From Raillietiella orientalis (Eukaryota), in contig JAYWIR010000032.1 of assembly GCA_036172245.1 (NCBI GenBank), positions 62,001 to 126,000 of the forward strand: DNA of 64,000 bases, read 5' to 3'. The notes beneath the pieces are model-generated. The model was not told where the DNA came from and did no database searches. It saw only the letters and a program-made list of their open reading frames with translations. Numbering within the stretch: position 1 is the first letter of the stretch; each line of letters starts with the position of its first letter. A program made the translations under genes and the position numbers. Positions 14,335 through 27,575 of this stretch are shown in pieces.

Positions 14335-15500
14335 TTGCGCAGAGCACCAGCACTGACCACGCCGCAATCCTGGAAACCGGTGGAAAGGAAGGCACGGAGA
14401 ATGCCGGGACTCGTGAGGGCGGAGCGTGCAGCGGATGGCAACGCAGACGACGGGAATCTCCTCGCAGGTAGCTGGAGCCGCGAGGTGGGGTTTCTGCCTC
14501 TCGAGAATCGCGAGCCTTAGACAGGCTGCGAAGCCGTTTCGTGAAGACGGGCGGCGCACGCCTGCCACCGCCGTCCCGACCACCTGATCCCTCGCGATGC
14601 CACGCACGTGAGTGAGTGCGCGCGCGCGCGCTCGCGGGAGTCGGGTTTCGGATGCGAGGTCGAAGATTCTCCGGCGCTCACTTCGGCCCGCTAATCAGCC
14701 CCCGCGGAAGCGCGAGCGCGCCTTCCCGGTCAGGAAACGCGATCCGGTGTTCCCTGGTGTTCCGCAGGGATCGGAGGAAACGGAGGTTGAACCAGGCGCA
14801 CGGAACCTCCGGCTGGCGCTCCGAAAACCGGCTCCTCCTCCGCCTTCGCCACAGCTCGACGCCGAGCAGCGTCCATATTGCGTGGAGGAGCGGAAAGAAT
14901 AAATACAATGTAAGAGTGCGCATGCGTGAGTTTCGGTCTTCCTCCTCCCGCTCTCCCTCCGCCCGCCTGGTTTCACAATTCCGCGGGGAGGTCGCTCTGC
15001 TTTTCGCTGGAGTGGGCATCCCGCCCAAGATGTGCTTCCCACCAGGAAAGCGCGGCTGCCACGCATTCAGTGCCTCGTGAACGTCAGCTTCAGGGCAAGG
15101 GCCAGACTCCCTTCCTCGTCCTCCCTTCTTCCTCCTCTTGCCCCTGAGGCTCTCCTGTGTCATCCCTCGCACGCAGAAACTACTGCAATGGCGCCCTTTC
15201 CCACACCGGGAGTAGGAGTTCAGGGAGGCCTGGGATGCAGTGGCGTCCGAGGGGCGCTACATGGGGGCTGGGAAAGGCCGATCGGCGGCCTGGAAGGCTC
15301 CACGCCCACAGGGAGTGCCGCGCGCCGCAAGGAAAGATCCTGGAGATCGCTTTCCTTTCCTCCCCAAGAGCACACCCGTGTCAGCTCCAGGAATGGCTAC
15401 TCGGACCTGCTCGAGTAGACTTCTAGGGGACTTCGATCGAACCCCCATGTACCTTCATGAGACCCGCTTCCTTATCCGTCGCAGCCTCCCTGTTCCCTTC
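14335..15500. promoter_or_regulatory. CpG-rich, promoter-like core between two inverted arrays
   Basis: High GC and CpG content; (CG)n run at ~14618-14631; CACGTG at ~14605; NRF1-like TGCGCATGCGTG at 14917-14928; TCGCGA palindromes. Function is inferred only. Confidence 0.35.
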
Positions 15501-15529
15501 ACTGAGATCTGCCAGGGATTCGCCTGCTC

Positions 15530-15920
15530 TCCACTGAAAATCCACTGAAAATCCGCTCTCGACCCGTTGATGGTCCTTCGGAGATACCTTCGAGATTCAC
15601 TTCAAATCTCCTAGTGATCCGCCAAAGGACCACCAGAGGTTCGCTTGACATCCACCTCCACTCGAGGTCCACCACAGATCTATTTGCGATCCATCAAAGG
15701 TCCAATAGAGAGTCGCCGGAACTCCAATTCAGATCCACCAGAGATCTCATTGAAATCCACGAAAGATCCACCTGCGAGCCACCAGAAACCCTCCTGAGAC
15801 CCACGTTATATTCACGACCGACTCACTCCGCGTCCACCGTGAATTCGCGAGAAATTCATCGGAGCTTCGCAAGAGACCCACCAGAGAGATCCATTGGCGG
15901 TCTGCCGGAGATCTACTTTC
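15530..15920 (+). repeat. Degenerate 11-bp-period tandem array, consensus ~TCCACCNGAGA, about 35 units
   Basis: tccactgaaaa tccactgaaaa tccgctctcga ... tccaccagaga tctcattgaaa tccacgaaaga tccacctgcga; the 11-nt register is kept almost throughout. Confidence 0.88.
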
Positions 15921-18900
15921 TCCTGCATCTGCCCTCGAGCCCGCCTCAGACCTCATTCCAGGATTAGAGAGAAAGGATCCTTCTAGGAGGTCATGGGAGT
16001 GGAGGGTTGGTCTCGCGCTGGTCGCCGAGATTCGCGGGTTCCCGGTTATTCTGGATGGCACGAGAGAAGTGTTACCCTGTTTCTGAACCTCCGACGGATG
16101 TAAAGCAGCAAAGGAGGAGGAGGAGGGAGGAGGAATCCCCCATCCGCATCTCCCGGAATGGCTCGTGTGCTCCTCAGGCGCTGCGCGCACCTCTTGCTGG
16201 GGAGTCGAAAAGGGGGGAGGAGAAAATCCCGAGGGATGCCCTCGCCTTTCTTCGCCGCAGCTTTCTGCGCCTGCGCATCGGGGAGCGTCCTTTGCTTTCC
16301 CACCGTCACCGCTCTCCCTATCCTCCTTCCCCTTCTCCCTCTCCCTCGGCGCTCCTGGCTCGAGGAGCAGCCGGGAGTTCCCAGAGGTCACGTTCGGCGC
16401 CGACCGCCAGCACCAAGATCGAAGGGAGCGCCCGGGACGCGTCACCCCTCGCAGAGGCCCTACCGCCGCGCTGACGGATCGGGGCGACCTACCGAAAGAC
16501 TCCGCCCTCTTCGACGACGGAGGGCCGCAGCGACAAAGGGAAAAAAGGCCACAGTCTTCACGGATCTCATTCGGCGATTTAGCTCGATTTGGCCAGCGGG
16601 GAGCAGCCCGGGTCGCGTATTCCAAGTCGGCCGCCGCATGTCTCCAATCTCCCTACGTCCCTGACTTTCTTCCCACTGCGAGGACGCGCTGTCCCCAACT
16701 GGATCCTGCAGCAGAAACACGCTGTCCCCGGCTAACCATGGCAGCGGGAGGGTGCTGTCTCCAGCTGTCCTCTGCAGTAGGAACGCTACGTTTGTTTATT
16801 CGCTCGCAGCTATCTCTCGCACGATACGTTATCGCCTTCGAGTCGGGATGGGGAATGAACGCACTCCGAGGCGAACCGGTTGCACCAGTTGCGCGTATTC
16901 GGTCCAGCACCGCGCGGAGTTCTCCCTCTTCTCTGGAAATTAATCATCATCTGCGCCATTCTTGTGATTATTTATTTTTCTGGGATCTTGTCCTGCGTCT
17001 TGTCTTCTTGAAAGCACTCGCACTTCCAAGGCCTCTGGCGGAGTAGCAATTTACATTCCACGGAGGATCATTCCGATCGTGCTGTTCGGAGGAGTATGCA
17101 GGAATCTTTCATCTCGGTTGCCCATCGCGTTCGCATCATTCTAGAGCCGTAGCCCAGACGCCCAGCAGCGTTTTGCTTAAAAATGGAAAGCGAGTTTGCG
17201 GTTTTTCAGAAGCCGTTTACGTACGCAAACCCCCTCCTCTTCACAAAAAAGGCATTGTTGCATCGTTCAACAATGAGTAGGGAATTTTTTTTTTTTTTTC
17301 GATCCAACAACGGAGATTCCCTACTTGCGTTCCTTTTGGTTTATAGCAACATTGTTACAGTGCCGAACAATGAGTAGGAACTCATTACATTTGTTCCAAC
17401 TTAATTAGCGGAGTGTTCGTGCCAGCGTTCCACGGACGAAATAGGGGAGGCAAGTGATAAGGAAAAACAGCAGAAAGGAAGCGGAGGATCCAATGAATGG
17501 ACGCGCACCATCGCGACTGTATCCAGGGATTAGGGGTGCCACTTCTAGCAGCTCCGCACGAGTGCTGACGCCGTTTACCTAGCAGCAGTGCTTCCCTGCT
17601 GGTAGGCAACCAGCAGAAAGGTCCAAGTTGAGCTTTAGAGAGGTAAGCATAAAGAAGCATTCGAAAAACCGGTCTCCCGTTGCTCCACCACCAAAAAAAG
17701 AAAAAAACAAACAAACTAAGGCACATGCACAAAAAAAAAGCCAATTCGTACATTCGGAAACTGTTCTCTCGTAATAGATTTTCAAAGCTGGGTGATCACG
17801 AGTGCGGCCATGATTCGTTCGCTCAGCTTCCGCCCTTGCGGATTCGTTTGCTGCTTCGGAGTGGAAACGGAAGGCTGCGTGAAATTCTTCTGCCAGCATG
17901 CTATCACCACCTCGCATCAGAAAGTGAATAACGGAACGGGGTATAAAAAATCGTACCTCTTCGAAGTGCTTTCTGGGCAAGGTTGTGGATGTTCCTCGCG
18001 GAGGACAGGATAAGAATGAAAACACACACACACACCCACACGCTTTGCAGCCTCCGTTCCGCACTTTGTCACTTTCCTCCTCCTTTTTTTCTATTTCCGA
18101 ATAGAATTTTTTGTTCCTGCCGGGAACTGTTCGCCATTCCTGTTTTGTAAGAGTGGAAAGCTATCGTCACAAATTGGAAATTTTTCATTTGCGTGGGTGA
18201 AGAACTCCTCTTTGCTGAAACGCCGAGGGGCTTCGAAACAGTGCACCAAGACACTGAGGACTTCCCTTGACAGTGAAGCCTAGAATCAATAGACAACCAG
18301 GTCCGGTGGCTCTTCGGTGTTCCGATCTTGTTCTTCCAGAAAAATCCCCATGGCATGCTTTTATTCGGCACTCTTCAATGCCAATCAAATGAGATGTTGC
18401 AGCATCCACTCGTATGGCGCCCCCAGGAAGGGAGCGTATTAGGAATAATGCAATCCTTTGTTGACAATAGCAAATCGTAACTGATTTACCCATTGGTAGT
18501 CTCCGCACTCTAAAAGAAAGTTCTCCTACCATCTGATTCCTTTTTTTTTGTTTTTTTTTGTTTTGTTTTTGCAAAAACAAAGAATTGTTTATTTCGGTGG
18601 ACACAGCTGCCCCAATAGCAGTGCGAGAACCCTGGCGGATGATGCACGATCGCATCCGAACGACACTCTTCATGTGCAGCCCACGGAAGCTAAGGCGTGG
18701 TTCTCTTACAGCACGCCAGCTTGTTTTTCTGACGTTTCCCGTTCTAGAATTCCAATTTGTAGCCACTCAGACGAGCCATTTGAAGTTAGTTGCCGTAAAT
18801 GACTGATCTTTCGAGGAGAGCAAGCGGAGTGGGATTTTTTCGGACTATGCCCATTGGAATTTTCATACCATTGGAACGCATTCTTTTACGGGCGCAGAGG

Positions 18901-19730
18901 TTCACGTACTTTTATCCTTACTGATCTTCCTGGAAAGCTCTGCCCAGGGACCGCGCTTCTTTCCTTGAGGAGGTGGAGATCCTCTTGTGCGAAAGGAAAT
19001 CCATTTTTCCTTATTTTACGCGCATCCTGGAGCACAGCAAGCTGCATCTTGTCGGCATCGCATCTTCCTCTTTCTCCCTTCCCTCCTTGCTGTGGGACTC
19101 CGTCCCGGGCGCGAGATCCAAGCGACTCCCTCTTCTTCTTCCTCGAGAGCAGATTGTCGGCTTGAAATCGGAGAGCAATAACGAGAGATGCAACAAATGT
19201 CCATCCGGACGTGAACTCCTCTAAGGAAATCACCGCGTTTCTAAAGACTGTCTCACTTGGGTCTTTGCGGAAAAAATGGTTGTATGCATTCACATTTTCT
19301 GCTGCTTGATGCATTCCTCGAATTACTGGATGCAGCACTGGATATTGGATGCTGCGCCATTTCGGAGGATTACGAGTTTCCATTAAACACAAGCAGCAAC
19401 TTTAGAAATCTCTAAATTATGTCTTCTGCCAGCTACTGTTATTATTCGACCAGTATGGCTTCTAATTCACCTACGTATTTCGGCCATCTTGTTGTCTCCA
19501 TTCTTGTGATTTATAGAACCTAGCGTGAATCAAAACTTCGCCATCAGACTTCTTCTTCCGCAGCATGCGCTGCCGCATCTGCGAAATTGAACTCTTGAGA
19601 GATATTCTTCGCGCATGTCTCGAAGCAAACAGACGGCCTACCCTTGCAAGCAATCTTCAATGTTTTCCATTGGAAAATGCAATTCTCCACTACACCCAAG
19701 TTCCTTGCCTAAACCTCGCATGCTTCTCTA

Positions 19731-19731
19731 T

Positions 19732-19782
<51 letters not shown>
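19731..19782. repeat. Compound (CA)n(TA)n microsatellite
   Basis: acacac... followed by atatat... Confidence 0.95.
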
Positions 19783-19786
<4 letters not shown>

Positions 19787-22381
19787 CAATTTCAAGAGAC
19801 AACTAATAATAATAATAATAAAAAGCAGAGGAAGCAAAATACAGCCAAACTTTACATCGGCACGTAAAAAAAACAAAACAGGAGAAATACACGGAGAAAT
19901 GATGACAAAATTTTTTTCCCCCTCCTTTCTAAGAAAACAGAGCGGGCAGGAATCAGCAAACAAACAAGGAAATGTGAAACACTACATTACTGCTGTTTTT
20001 GCTTTTTATTCACACTTTGCATGCGATCTTCTCGGCATGGACCAGAGCGCCTAGTGATTTCATCACCGTCTTCGAGGAAACGCTTGCAGGATTCCCATCG
20101 CCGCGTTTCGACAAGAAATTCCTCGTGGATAATTTGCGAGCCGAGGGGCCTTTCGAAAGCTGCAAGTGAGCGCTGCACGGTGGTACCTATTAGACTCATC
20201 CCGTGCACTTGACAAAACGTCCAGCACAGCTCAAGAGGAGCGATCGATCTGATAGGGCACTCCCTGATACTTATCTGGCCATTCATAACCCGGCAGATAA
20301 CACTTAATTCCTCTTTTGTGCCTTGGGTTCCTTCGAGAACACGCTCCTAGCTGCGCGCAAACCGTGCATTTCGCGTAATCACCGAGGATCGCACGGATGC
20401 AGCAACGCGGCTGCTTGCAGCTCTTTGCTTTTCCTCCCTCCTGTCCGGCAGCAGGCTGAGACCAGAAGCACTTGTCGGGGCCCCGCCAAAGACCAAAAAT
20501 CAAGCACCAGGAGGAGACGCAACCAGGGTGAGGCGCAAAAAAGACAGCAACAGCAACAGGAAGTCGAGCACCGAATCAGTGAGAGTACACTGCAAGTCCA
20601 TGGATTGCCGCTGCTCGGTTATTTGCAAGAGCTCAGAACTTCATCCCGAATCGATTCCGGGCAGGCAAGGTAGATGGAACAGCTACCACACGTCTTTTCT
20701 CTTCCCGGGATAGGGACTACCAGTGCTTCGAGTAACACAAAGGAAGCAGATGTAATTCGAAAGGGACCACAAGAGAAAGAAAACGAATACTGACCTCACA
20801 GGCGCATGAGTTTGGAACCGGGGATGCACTCCAAAGGTGCTGTCCACGGATTTACAAATGGCGGCATCCTCCCACAGGAGAGCAGACTGCCTTTTTTCTT
20901 GGTTTTCGGGATGAATTCAGCGGACCAAAGGCAAAGGGACCGGGAGCAGAGAGAGAGGTCGGCAAATCAAACGGTTTCGGGCGCAGCGCACGCGGGACGG
21001 TCCACAAGCAGGGACGGCATCGAAGCAGTCGTTGCGAGCGGCTGGAGGCCCTCCACCAGCGCCAGCAACTTCTTCCGGAGGCGGGCGTCCCTTCGAATCG
21101 CTCCATCCACCCGGCTCGCGCGGGTGGCTGTGAAACCTTAGCTACCGACCCTGGGCAGCGGGACGGTTGCTGCTCGCGAATCGCGCACGGCGGACTCCAC
21201 GTGGTCGGAGGTCTGGAGAAGAGGGAAGACCATGGAAAACAAGAAGGGGAAAAAAAAAAAGAAAAAAGTGCGCGCCGAATTAAATCCCGCCAATGAACGA
21301 GCGGGCAGTTCGTGCATCCGGCGCAGCCGAAAAGTCGTAACAGCAGATAGACGGAATTGCAGCGGTGCAGATGAGAGGTGGGTCGCTTTATGGAGAACCG
21401 CGATACCGCGCCGTGCAACTCTTCAACGGTTAAGGAGAGAAGAGAGGAAAAACAGTTTGCAGGAGGAACACAGACAAAAAAAAAGAAAAAGAGAGAAAAA
21501 AAACATATTGGGAATTTGCAAGCGGCCCGTGGAGACCGCACGGCAGCCCGCGTTAGCATCGCGCCGTAGGTCGCGGTGCGGAGATATGGGAAGCTGCGGC
21601 CTTGCGACCGTCAGAGACTCCGTGGCGAGAGAGCCAGCGTGCGGGTTTCCAAAGGGTTCGTTCTCGCGAGCGCAAGCGGTGCGCGCAAAGCCAAGCGTGC
21701 GAGCGATCGGGTGCGGTCTGCCGCGTGGAATGTCCACTTTTTGCGGGACTCGGGTGACCCTTGCCGCCGGAAAAAAAAACATAAGCCAGAGGTGCCTTCG
21801 GATGTCGAGGACGAGCCATGCGCGGTTCGTCTTGGGAACGCCTTCCGCATCCTCTACCTTCCAGCCAGCGTATCTCCGTTCACCCTTTCCCGCCGGGAAG
21901 CGAGCAGCAGAGTAAACGTTTCCAGGAAAGCTCGATAGAGGTCCCTGGAAGGCAAACTGGCACGGCAAGGAGAACAGAGGACACTTCTCCCCGACGAAGA
22001 AGAAGGAAGAGGGAGAACAGGAAGTGGGATAGGGATGGAGGGAGCCTGTAAGGAAAAGCGGGTAAGCATAAGTAAAAGGAGCCACGTCTTTCCGGGAAAG
22101 CACAGGGACAACGCTGCTGCTGTGAGGACTGCTGGAAAGCGCTGGTTCGTTTCCGGTTGCGAGATGTCTACGCTTGCGCTCTCAGAACTACAGCGGGAGG
22201 GAAGCCGCCCGGAATGCAGCCGTCTGGAGGATCGCGGAGAGAACAGAAAGCTGCTCGCTCCCCTGTGATTCGTCCTAGAAAAGGCGACCCCAGTCGAGGA
22301 CAACCAGGACAAACGCGCCGCGTCGTAACCCCGGTGCAACGATGAGAATCGGATGGCAGATAGCAGATCAACGATGATCTT

Positions 22382-24770
22382 AATATGTTGAGATCGCCAG
22401 CAACAATCACGACGTCCTTGGGGGCGACCTTTCCACGGAGTGCTGCATGCAGGGCCTCCGCACAACGATGTTTCAGCCTGTGCGGCCCGTACACGATCAC
22501 CAGGATGAGGTGAACAGTAGCGGACCAGGCCAGTCGCACGCCGATGATTCGTCCGGGTTGGGGACAGAACACTTCCAGCATAGTGGGGGCCAAGTGATTC
22601 ATGATTAGGACCGCCACACCCTGCGCGTTCCGTTCTCCCTTGCTGACGAACATTTGCCCGTTGAATCGCCGTTGCATTCGCTGACCGATCTAGAGACCGA
22701 TCTTGTGGGTCTCCAGCAGGCACACTATGTCTTGTGCGATGGTCCGCACAATCCTTTTCATTTTCCCCTGGTCGACCACACCGTTCACATTCCAAGAGGC
22801 GATGTTGAGCATCCTGGCAGTCGATAGGCAAGAGGCCATAAAAGGAGAAGACCTATTTCTTGGCCTTCCTGAGCTTCTTCTGTATGAGAGAGCGTGCTCT
22901 TCCAGACGATAAAGAAGCAGCGGACTTCTCGCTGACGGCGTCACTCTCCGTTTGGGTGAGGTCGTTTAATTCCGCCTCCTCCGTAGAGTGTTCGGCTCGC
23001 GCGATCAATTTTCGAGATAGCCCTTCTATCTCGACCTTGGCGCGGAAGTTCGCCTTTACGTCGAGAAGCTGTTCTTCTAGCGTCTCGCGCACGGTGACCT
23101 CCACAACCTGGTTGACCTTCTCCTGTGCATTGCAGATCTTCTGCAAGATTTTCTCTTGCTGGGGACCGCTCTGCACGTCTAGGACTTCATTAGCCAGTGA
23201 TGCCAGCTCCTCCGTAGATTGCAGGGCCTCCTGCGACACCGGAGTGGCTTCGGCTATTTCTTCTTCCGCGCCTTCTTGCGCTACCTTCATCTTCTCGCCT
23301 TCTTGCTCTTCACCTTTCAGGATAAGAGGAGCTTCTTGCTCCTTGACGAGCATCTTCCTCTTTCCTTTCTTCCCTACCTGTATGAATCCGTCTTTCTATA
23401 CCGGGACGGCTTCTTTCACCTTCTTCGGCCTTCCTGCCTTCTGAGGCTATTCCGCCTCCATGGTGTTTCTCTCTCTCACGGGAGAGAGTCCTCGAATCCT
23501 TCTGCAGTTTGCAAACTCCGGACAGCTCCATTTGGCATGTCCGTGTTTCTTGCAAAAAGAGCACACCTCCGGCTGCGGGCACTTTTGGACTTGATGTCTT
23601 ACTTTGCCGCAGCGGAAGCAACGGAAAGTTATGCAAGTGCCGGCCATGTGACCGTATTGCTTGCACCCGGTGCAGAATACCGCTTGTTGTTGGTAACGCA
23701 CACTCAATCCTTAAGAGTGTTCGTCAGTAAACGCCAACCCAGGAATAACAGCTCCCTTCTTGATCTTCATCTTGGCGATCATGTTGCCAGAAAATATATT
23801 TCCAGAGTAGTTCTGGAATTCAAGGTCCAGAACCTTTAAAATCTGCTCCGAAAAGTTCCACACCGTTAGCTGCGGTGTGAGGATGGAAATGCCGTTTAAG
23901 AAGACGGCTGCGTATGGCATCTCGCGAATACAACAAACCATCCTTCCTTGAATATTGATCCCCTTCTGGATCAATCTCTCTCTAATGTTTTCACAGACTG
24001 TAATTACTGTGAAACCGTTGCAACTTGGTATAATCGCCTGTATGCGATCAAAATTGATGTCTGTTTTATCCAGGGACAGATACACCTCCCTGATGTTGGT
24101 GAATTTTATTAGCCCAGTCTTAAAAATAATGGGCTTTACATTCGGCCCTAGCTCCACGATCGGCCGATCTACCGTTTGCACTTTTCCACATAGCGGCTTT
24201 TCAAATTTCCTTTGCGGGTGGACACTCGCATTTCCTGCCGCCACAGGCGCCTACGAAATGGGCTGCGCCGTCGCAGCCGAAACAGATGGCGTCACGCCCT
24301 GTACCGCGTGGATGACCGCGGATCCCACCTGGGACGCCGCCGCCGTGGGCGCAGCCTTCGACGCTGCCGCCGTTGCCTCCGCCTGCGGCACCCTCGGCAC
24401 CGCCGCCGCAGGCGCGACCTTTCCCGCACCGGGCACGACCTCCACCGTCGTCGCCGCGGGCACGACTCATGGCATCGCCGCCATCGGCGAAGCATAGCCC
24501 GCCTTTGACGCGATCCTCGGCATGCCTACCACCGCCTCGCCGTTGCCGCACGTTACCTCCATGGCTTCCATGGGGGACGACGGTGTCTCCACTCCTCCTC
24601 CAGGTGCCTGCATCCTGGCAGCTGGTCTTGCTGCACGGGACCACTGCAGGTCTTCCGCCGCGATCTTCTCGGCGCTTCTTTTGTAGTTTCGTTTGGAAAC
24701 TTCCCCTTTCCGGGCACACACGAGCAGAATTAACTGATTAAGTTGTCGAGCGCACAATACTTTGAGCCGC
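22382..24770 (-). mobile_element. L1/Tx1-like element, family D copy 1 (5' region, ORF1, start of ORF2; 3' part lost)
   Basis: ORF1 with an Ala/Pro-rich N-terminus and three zinc knuckles (CTGCKQYGHMAGTC, CFRCGKVRHQVQKC, CSFCKKHGHAKWSC). ORF2 ATG at ~22839 with APE motifs SWNVNG, LETH, VYGP, GDLN; homology to D2 stops right after GDLNI. Contains stops and frameshifts. Confidence 0.92.
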
Positions 24771-25366
24771 GATGCAAGTACACCCTCGGCAGGAGAGGAG
24801 CAATCTCCTCCCTGCCGCTGAGGCTCGACTTCATCGCGTTTTAAGTGTGCTGGGAAATTTGCGCCCCATGCGATTGAAGTGGAAAGCCCGCAGGGGTTAT
24901 TCACGGAAGTCGAGCAGCAAGAAGGCAAGTAGAGAATCCTACCTTGCCCTCGGACGCGATTGGCCGACTGAAGCAGCTGTTCGCAGAGCGCTTTTGATCG
25001 CAGGTGACTTCACCCTGTGCCTGCTTTGAGGTGCGCCGGATACACTGAACGACTGTGTCAACGAGTTGTGCGTAGAAATGCACACGTGCAACTATTTGAC
25101 CGGAGTTATAGCCATGGAACGCGGCATCGATCACGTGTTTATTGACCAGCACGTTTGCTCTTGCGTGGCCAGGCGCGGCAAGGTACTGTTAGAGGTTTCG
25201 GACCATGACCGGATCGTGTTCGAAGTCCATCCGCGCGACATGGGCACCCCGCGTAAGCGTGGCGTCTGCCAGAGGACTGGTTGAAGCTCCCGGACGCGGC
25301 ATAACATCTCCGCGCAACATTCGGTTCTTCAGGCTGCGGACGCTTCAGGACTGGGACCGCTTCAAG
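24771..25366 (+). mobile_element. Internally deleted L1/Tx1-like fragment (piece of ORF1 joined to APE endonuclease piece)
   Basis: FKCAGKFAPHAIEVESPQ is homologous to family B ORF1 (FKCAAKAASEAVGEESPQ); followed by RDWPTEAAVRRALLIAGDF, IDHVF, SDH, LRTLQDWDRFK. Confidence 0.85.
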
Positions 25367-25396
25367 GGGATCGAGAGGATCGGAGGGGGCGGCTTG

Positions 25397-27482
25397 TTAT
25401 CACCAGGGTGCGCCGGGGCGTTTATTATAAACTATCCGAGAACAGGGTTGTTGTACAAAGAGGAAAACAGGAGACGAAGGGGGTGGGATCCCCGACATGC
25501 AGGTCGGTATGCCGAAAGTCCGGAAGGGTAGGGAAGGGACCACAAATACACTACTATACAATATGGAAGAAAAATATGAAAGGCAGGGGACAGGGGTCTT
25601 TGGTGAGTCCGTTCCTTCCTTTCAAAACTGGCGATGAATGCCAGCGATCTCTCTCCTTACGCCCTTTAACAGATGGGCCCACTCGGCAGCGAACGACATA
25701 TTTGTGCAGGCTAATCCGGTGCGCTGACGAAAAATGGCAAGTTTCTCCAACTCTCGGTGGGCCTTGTCGATGGCGCGGGTGCAACACACCGTTGAAACGA
25801 CAGCACCTCAAGACAGGACGCCTGGCGTAAAGAAGCGGCGCATCAAGTCCCTCGCGGTGTCCCCTCGGTGCAGGAGAGTTGAGGCCAGCCTTCGTTAAGG
25901 TCCTAGAAGGGCACAGCAGTTCAGGAGCAGGTGCGGAAGGGTTTCCACTTCCCCGCACCGCTTCCAGTTTGGGGAGACAACTCCCTCGGATAAACGGTTC
26001 GTCCGCTGGTTGGAGTGAAAATCCCAATGGACCAGCATGATGACGTCCTGCTTCCACCAAAGGGGGAACACAAAATTGTTCTAACAGGAGTGAGGGACCA
26101 CAAGTTCTTCGGAGGGCACACTCAAGTGTTCGCTCCACCGAAGGAGTCCCTTCGGGATGTGGCGAGGCGTGGCGGCGTCTGCCACCTCGCAAGTCCTCCA
26201 GCCGCCAATAGTTCGCGTTGTTCCTGCAATGGTGCAGGCGACCCCCCATCTCGCCGGTTCGCGGCTTTCATCTCTTGCCCTGAGGGCTGACAATGCGTCG
26301 GCGAGCAGCGTGACGGCCAGGTGGGTCCACTACTCCTGGCTGTTGCACACCTCGTCCACCGTGCAATACGGGGACAGGTGATCGCAGCGAAGTTCCAAAG
26401 GAAAACATCCTGGTGCTTTGCCCAGTCATGCAACGGTTCCTGCCTTCAGGCTTGAAAGTTCGTTGGGTGGCCAAAGATCAATTCCTGGGCTTCCAGGAGC
26501 CGGTACAGCGGTTTCAAAGGGCATCCGAAGCTTCTCGTGGCGCGCTCCGTGTGCGGCCCCAGCGACAGAAGCCCATCGCTGCCTGTGCAGCGCCGCAAAA
26601 GCAGGCGAGCTGGATCGCACAACGAAGTGGACCAAAGGTTAAGCACAGGGCAACATCCGGAGCTGCACCTGTAGTTTGATTCTCTCCAGCGTGAGGATGT
26701 CCAATCCAGCATCCCGAAGTGGAGCCTCCAATTCTTTGAGGCGGATCCTGGATCTCGCAGGACCCCACAGAGCGTTCCTCAACAGGCTGTGCGCCTGGAG
26801 CGTCGCCGAGTAGGGGAGCGGGCAGACAAAAAGTAGGCGGCCCAAGAGGGGGGTAACTAAGGTGTTCCATATCGTAACCCGCTCCGGCAGGACGAACCTG
26901 CCATGGTGAAACGGGCTCAGGGAATTCGAAACCTTCCGAAGGCAGTGCGAACACACTTCCACTGGGCTGATGTTCCCCAACGGAACGCCCAGATATTGCA
27001 TGGATTCAGCGTTCGGAATCCCCAGACGGATCCAGTCGGACTGCTCCTCCCACGCCGCACCAACAGGTACGACCACGCTCCTGCTTAGGATTACGCTCAT
27101 GCCCGCATCCGAAAGAATCAGCTCGAAGAAATCCTCCAGACTGGACGTCGAGGTGGTCATGGGTAAGAAAAGAAGCAGGTCGTCAGCATAGGCCGTCACG
27201 GACGGCATTCCTGTACAAGAGCTTGGCAGGTTGGCCAGCGTCAGCCTGTACGCCCTGAGCACCAACTCAAAGAAGATGCTGAAAAGCAACTTGGTTAAGC
27301 TGTCGCCCTGCTTGATGCCCTGCCGCACCCAAACGCCGTACAGGTGGCAGCCGCTAAAAGAGACGCAAATCACCGCGTGGCGCCAGCAAGCGCGCAAATA
27401 CGCCACGAGGTGCACCGCAAGACCAAGGCGTTTCAGAAGCTGCAGCATAAGATCCTGATTTACGCAGTCGAACGCTTTGTGC
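25397..27482 (-). mobile_element. L1/Tx1-like element, family C copy 1: ORF2 from the RT KAFD motif to the 3' end, interrupted at KAFD by A1
   Basis: HKAFDCVNQ, GIKQGDSLTKLLF, YADD (~27.18 kb), YLGVP, zinc-finger region, T-rich 3'UTR, AATAAA (reverse complement of 25421-25426) and terminal hairpin. Confidence 0.93.
27468..27482 (+). other. Family A 15-nt target/TSD-like site (antisense of codons for HKAFD)
   Basis: tcgaacgctttgtgc, continuous with the C1 RT frame on the minus strand and directly followed by the A 5' end gctctagggcggacg. Confidence 0.85.
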
Positions 27483-27575
27483 GCTCTAGGGCGGACGTGT
27501 TTTCTCGGTGCTCCTCGTGCCAGGAAGTCTCCCCCAGTGCAAACGTCGTGTGGTTCGGTGGTCGATCAGGCAGCG

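Noticed and set aside
15530..15920. CRISPR-like or coding repeat
   Set aside because: Contiguous degenerate 11-mers with no spacers, period not a multiple of 3, eukaryotic context
15747..17046. Long overlapping ORFs (292 and 293 aa)
   Set aside because: GC-rich, low-complexity translations on both strands with no recognisable domain
18069..20503. Possible minus-strand host exons (including RGIKCYLPGY, resembling a hydrolase motif)
   Set aside because: Could not assemble phase-consistent splicing or a recognisable protein
27483..27560. HDV-like ribozyme in the A 5'UTR (CTCCTCGT resembles L3)
   Set aside because: Could not build the nested P1/P2/P3/P1.1 topology, and the loop is not conserved in A5
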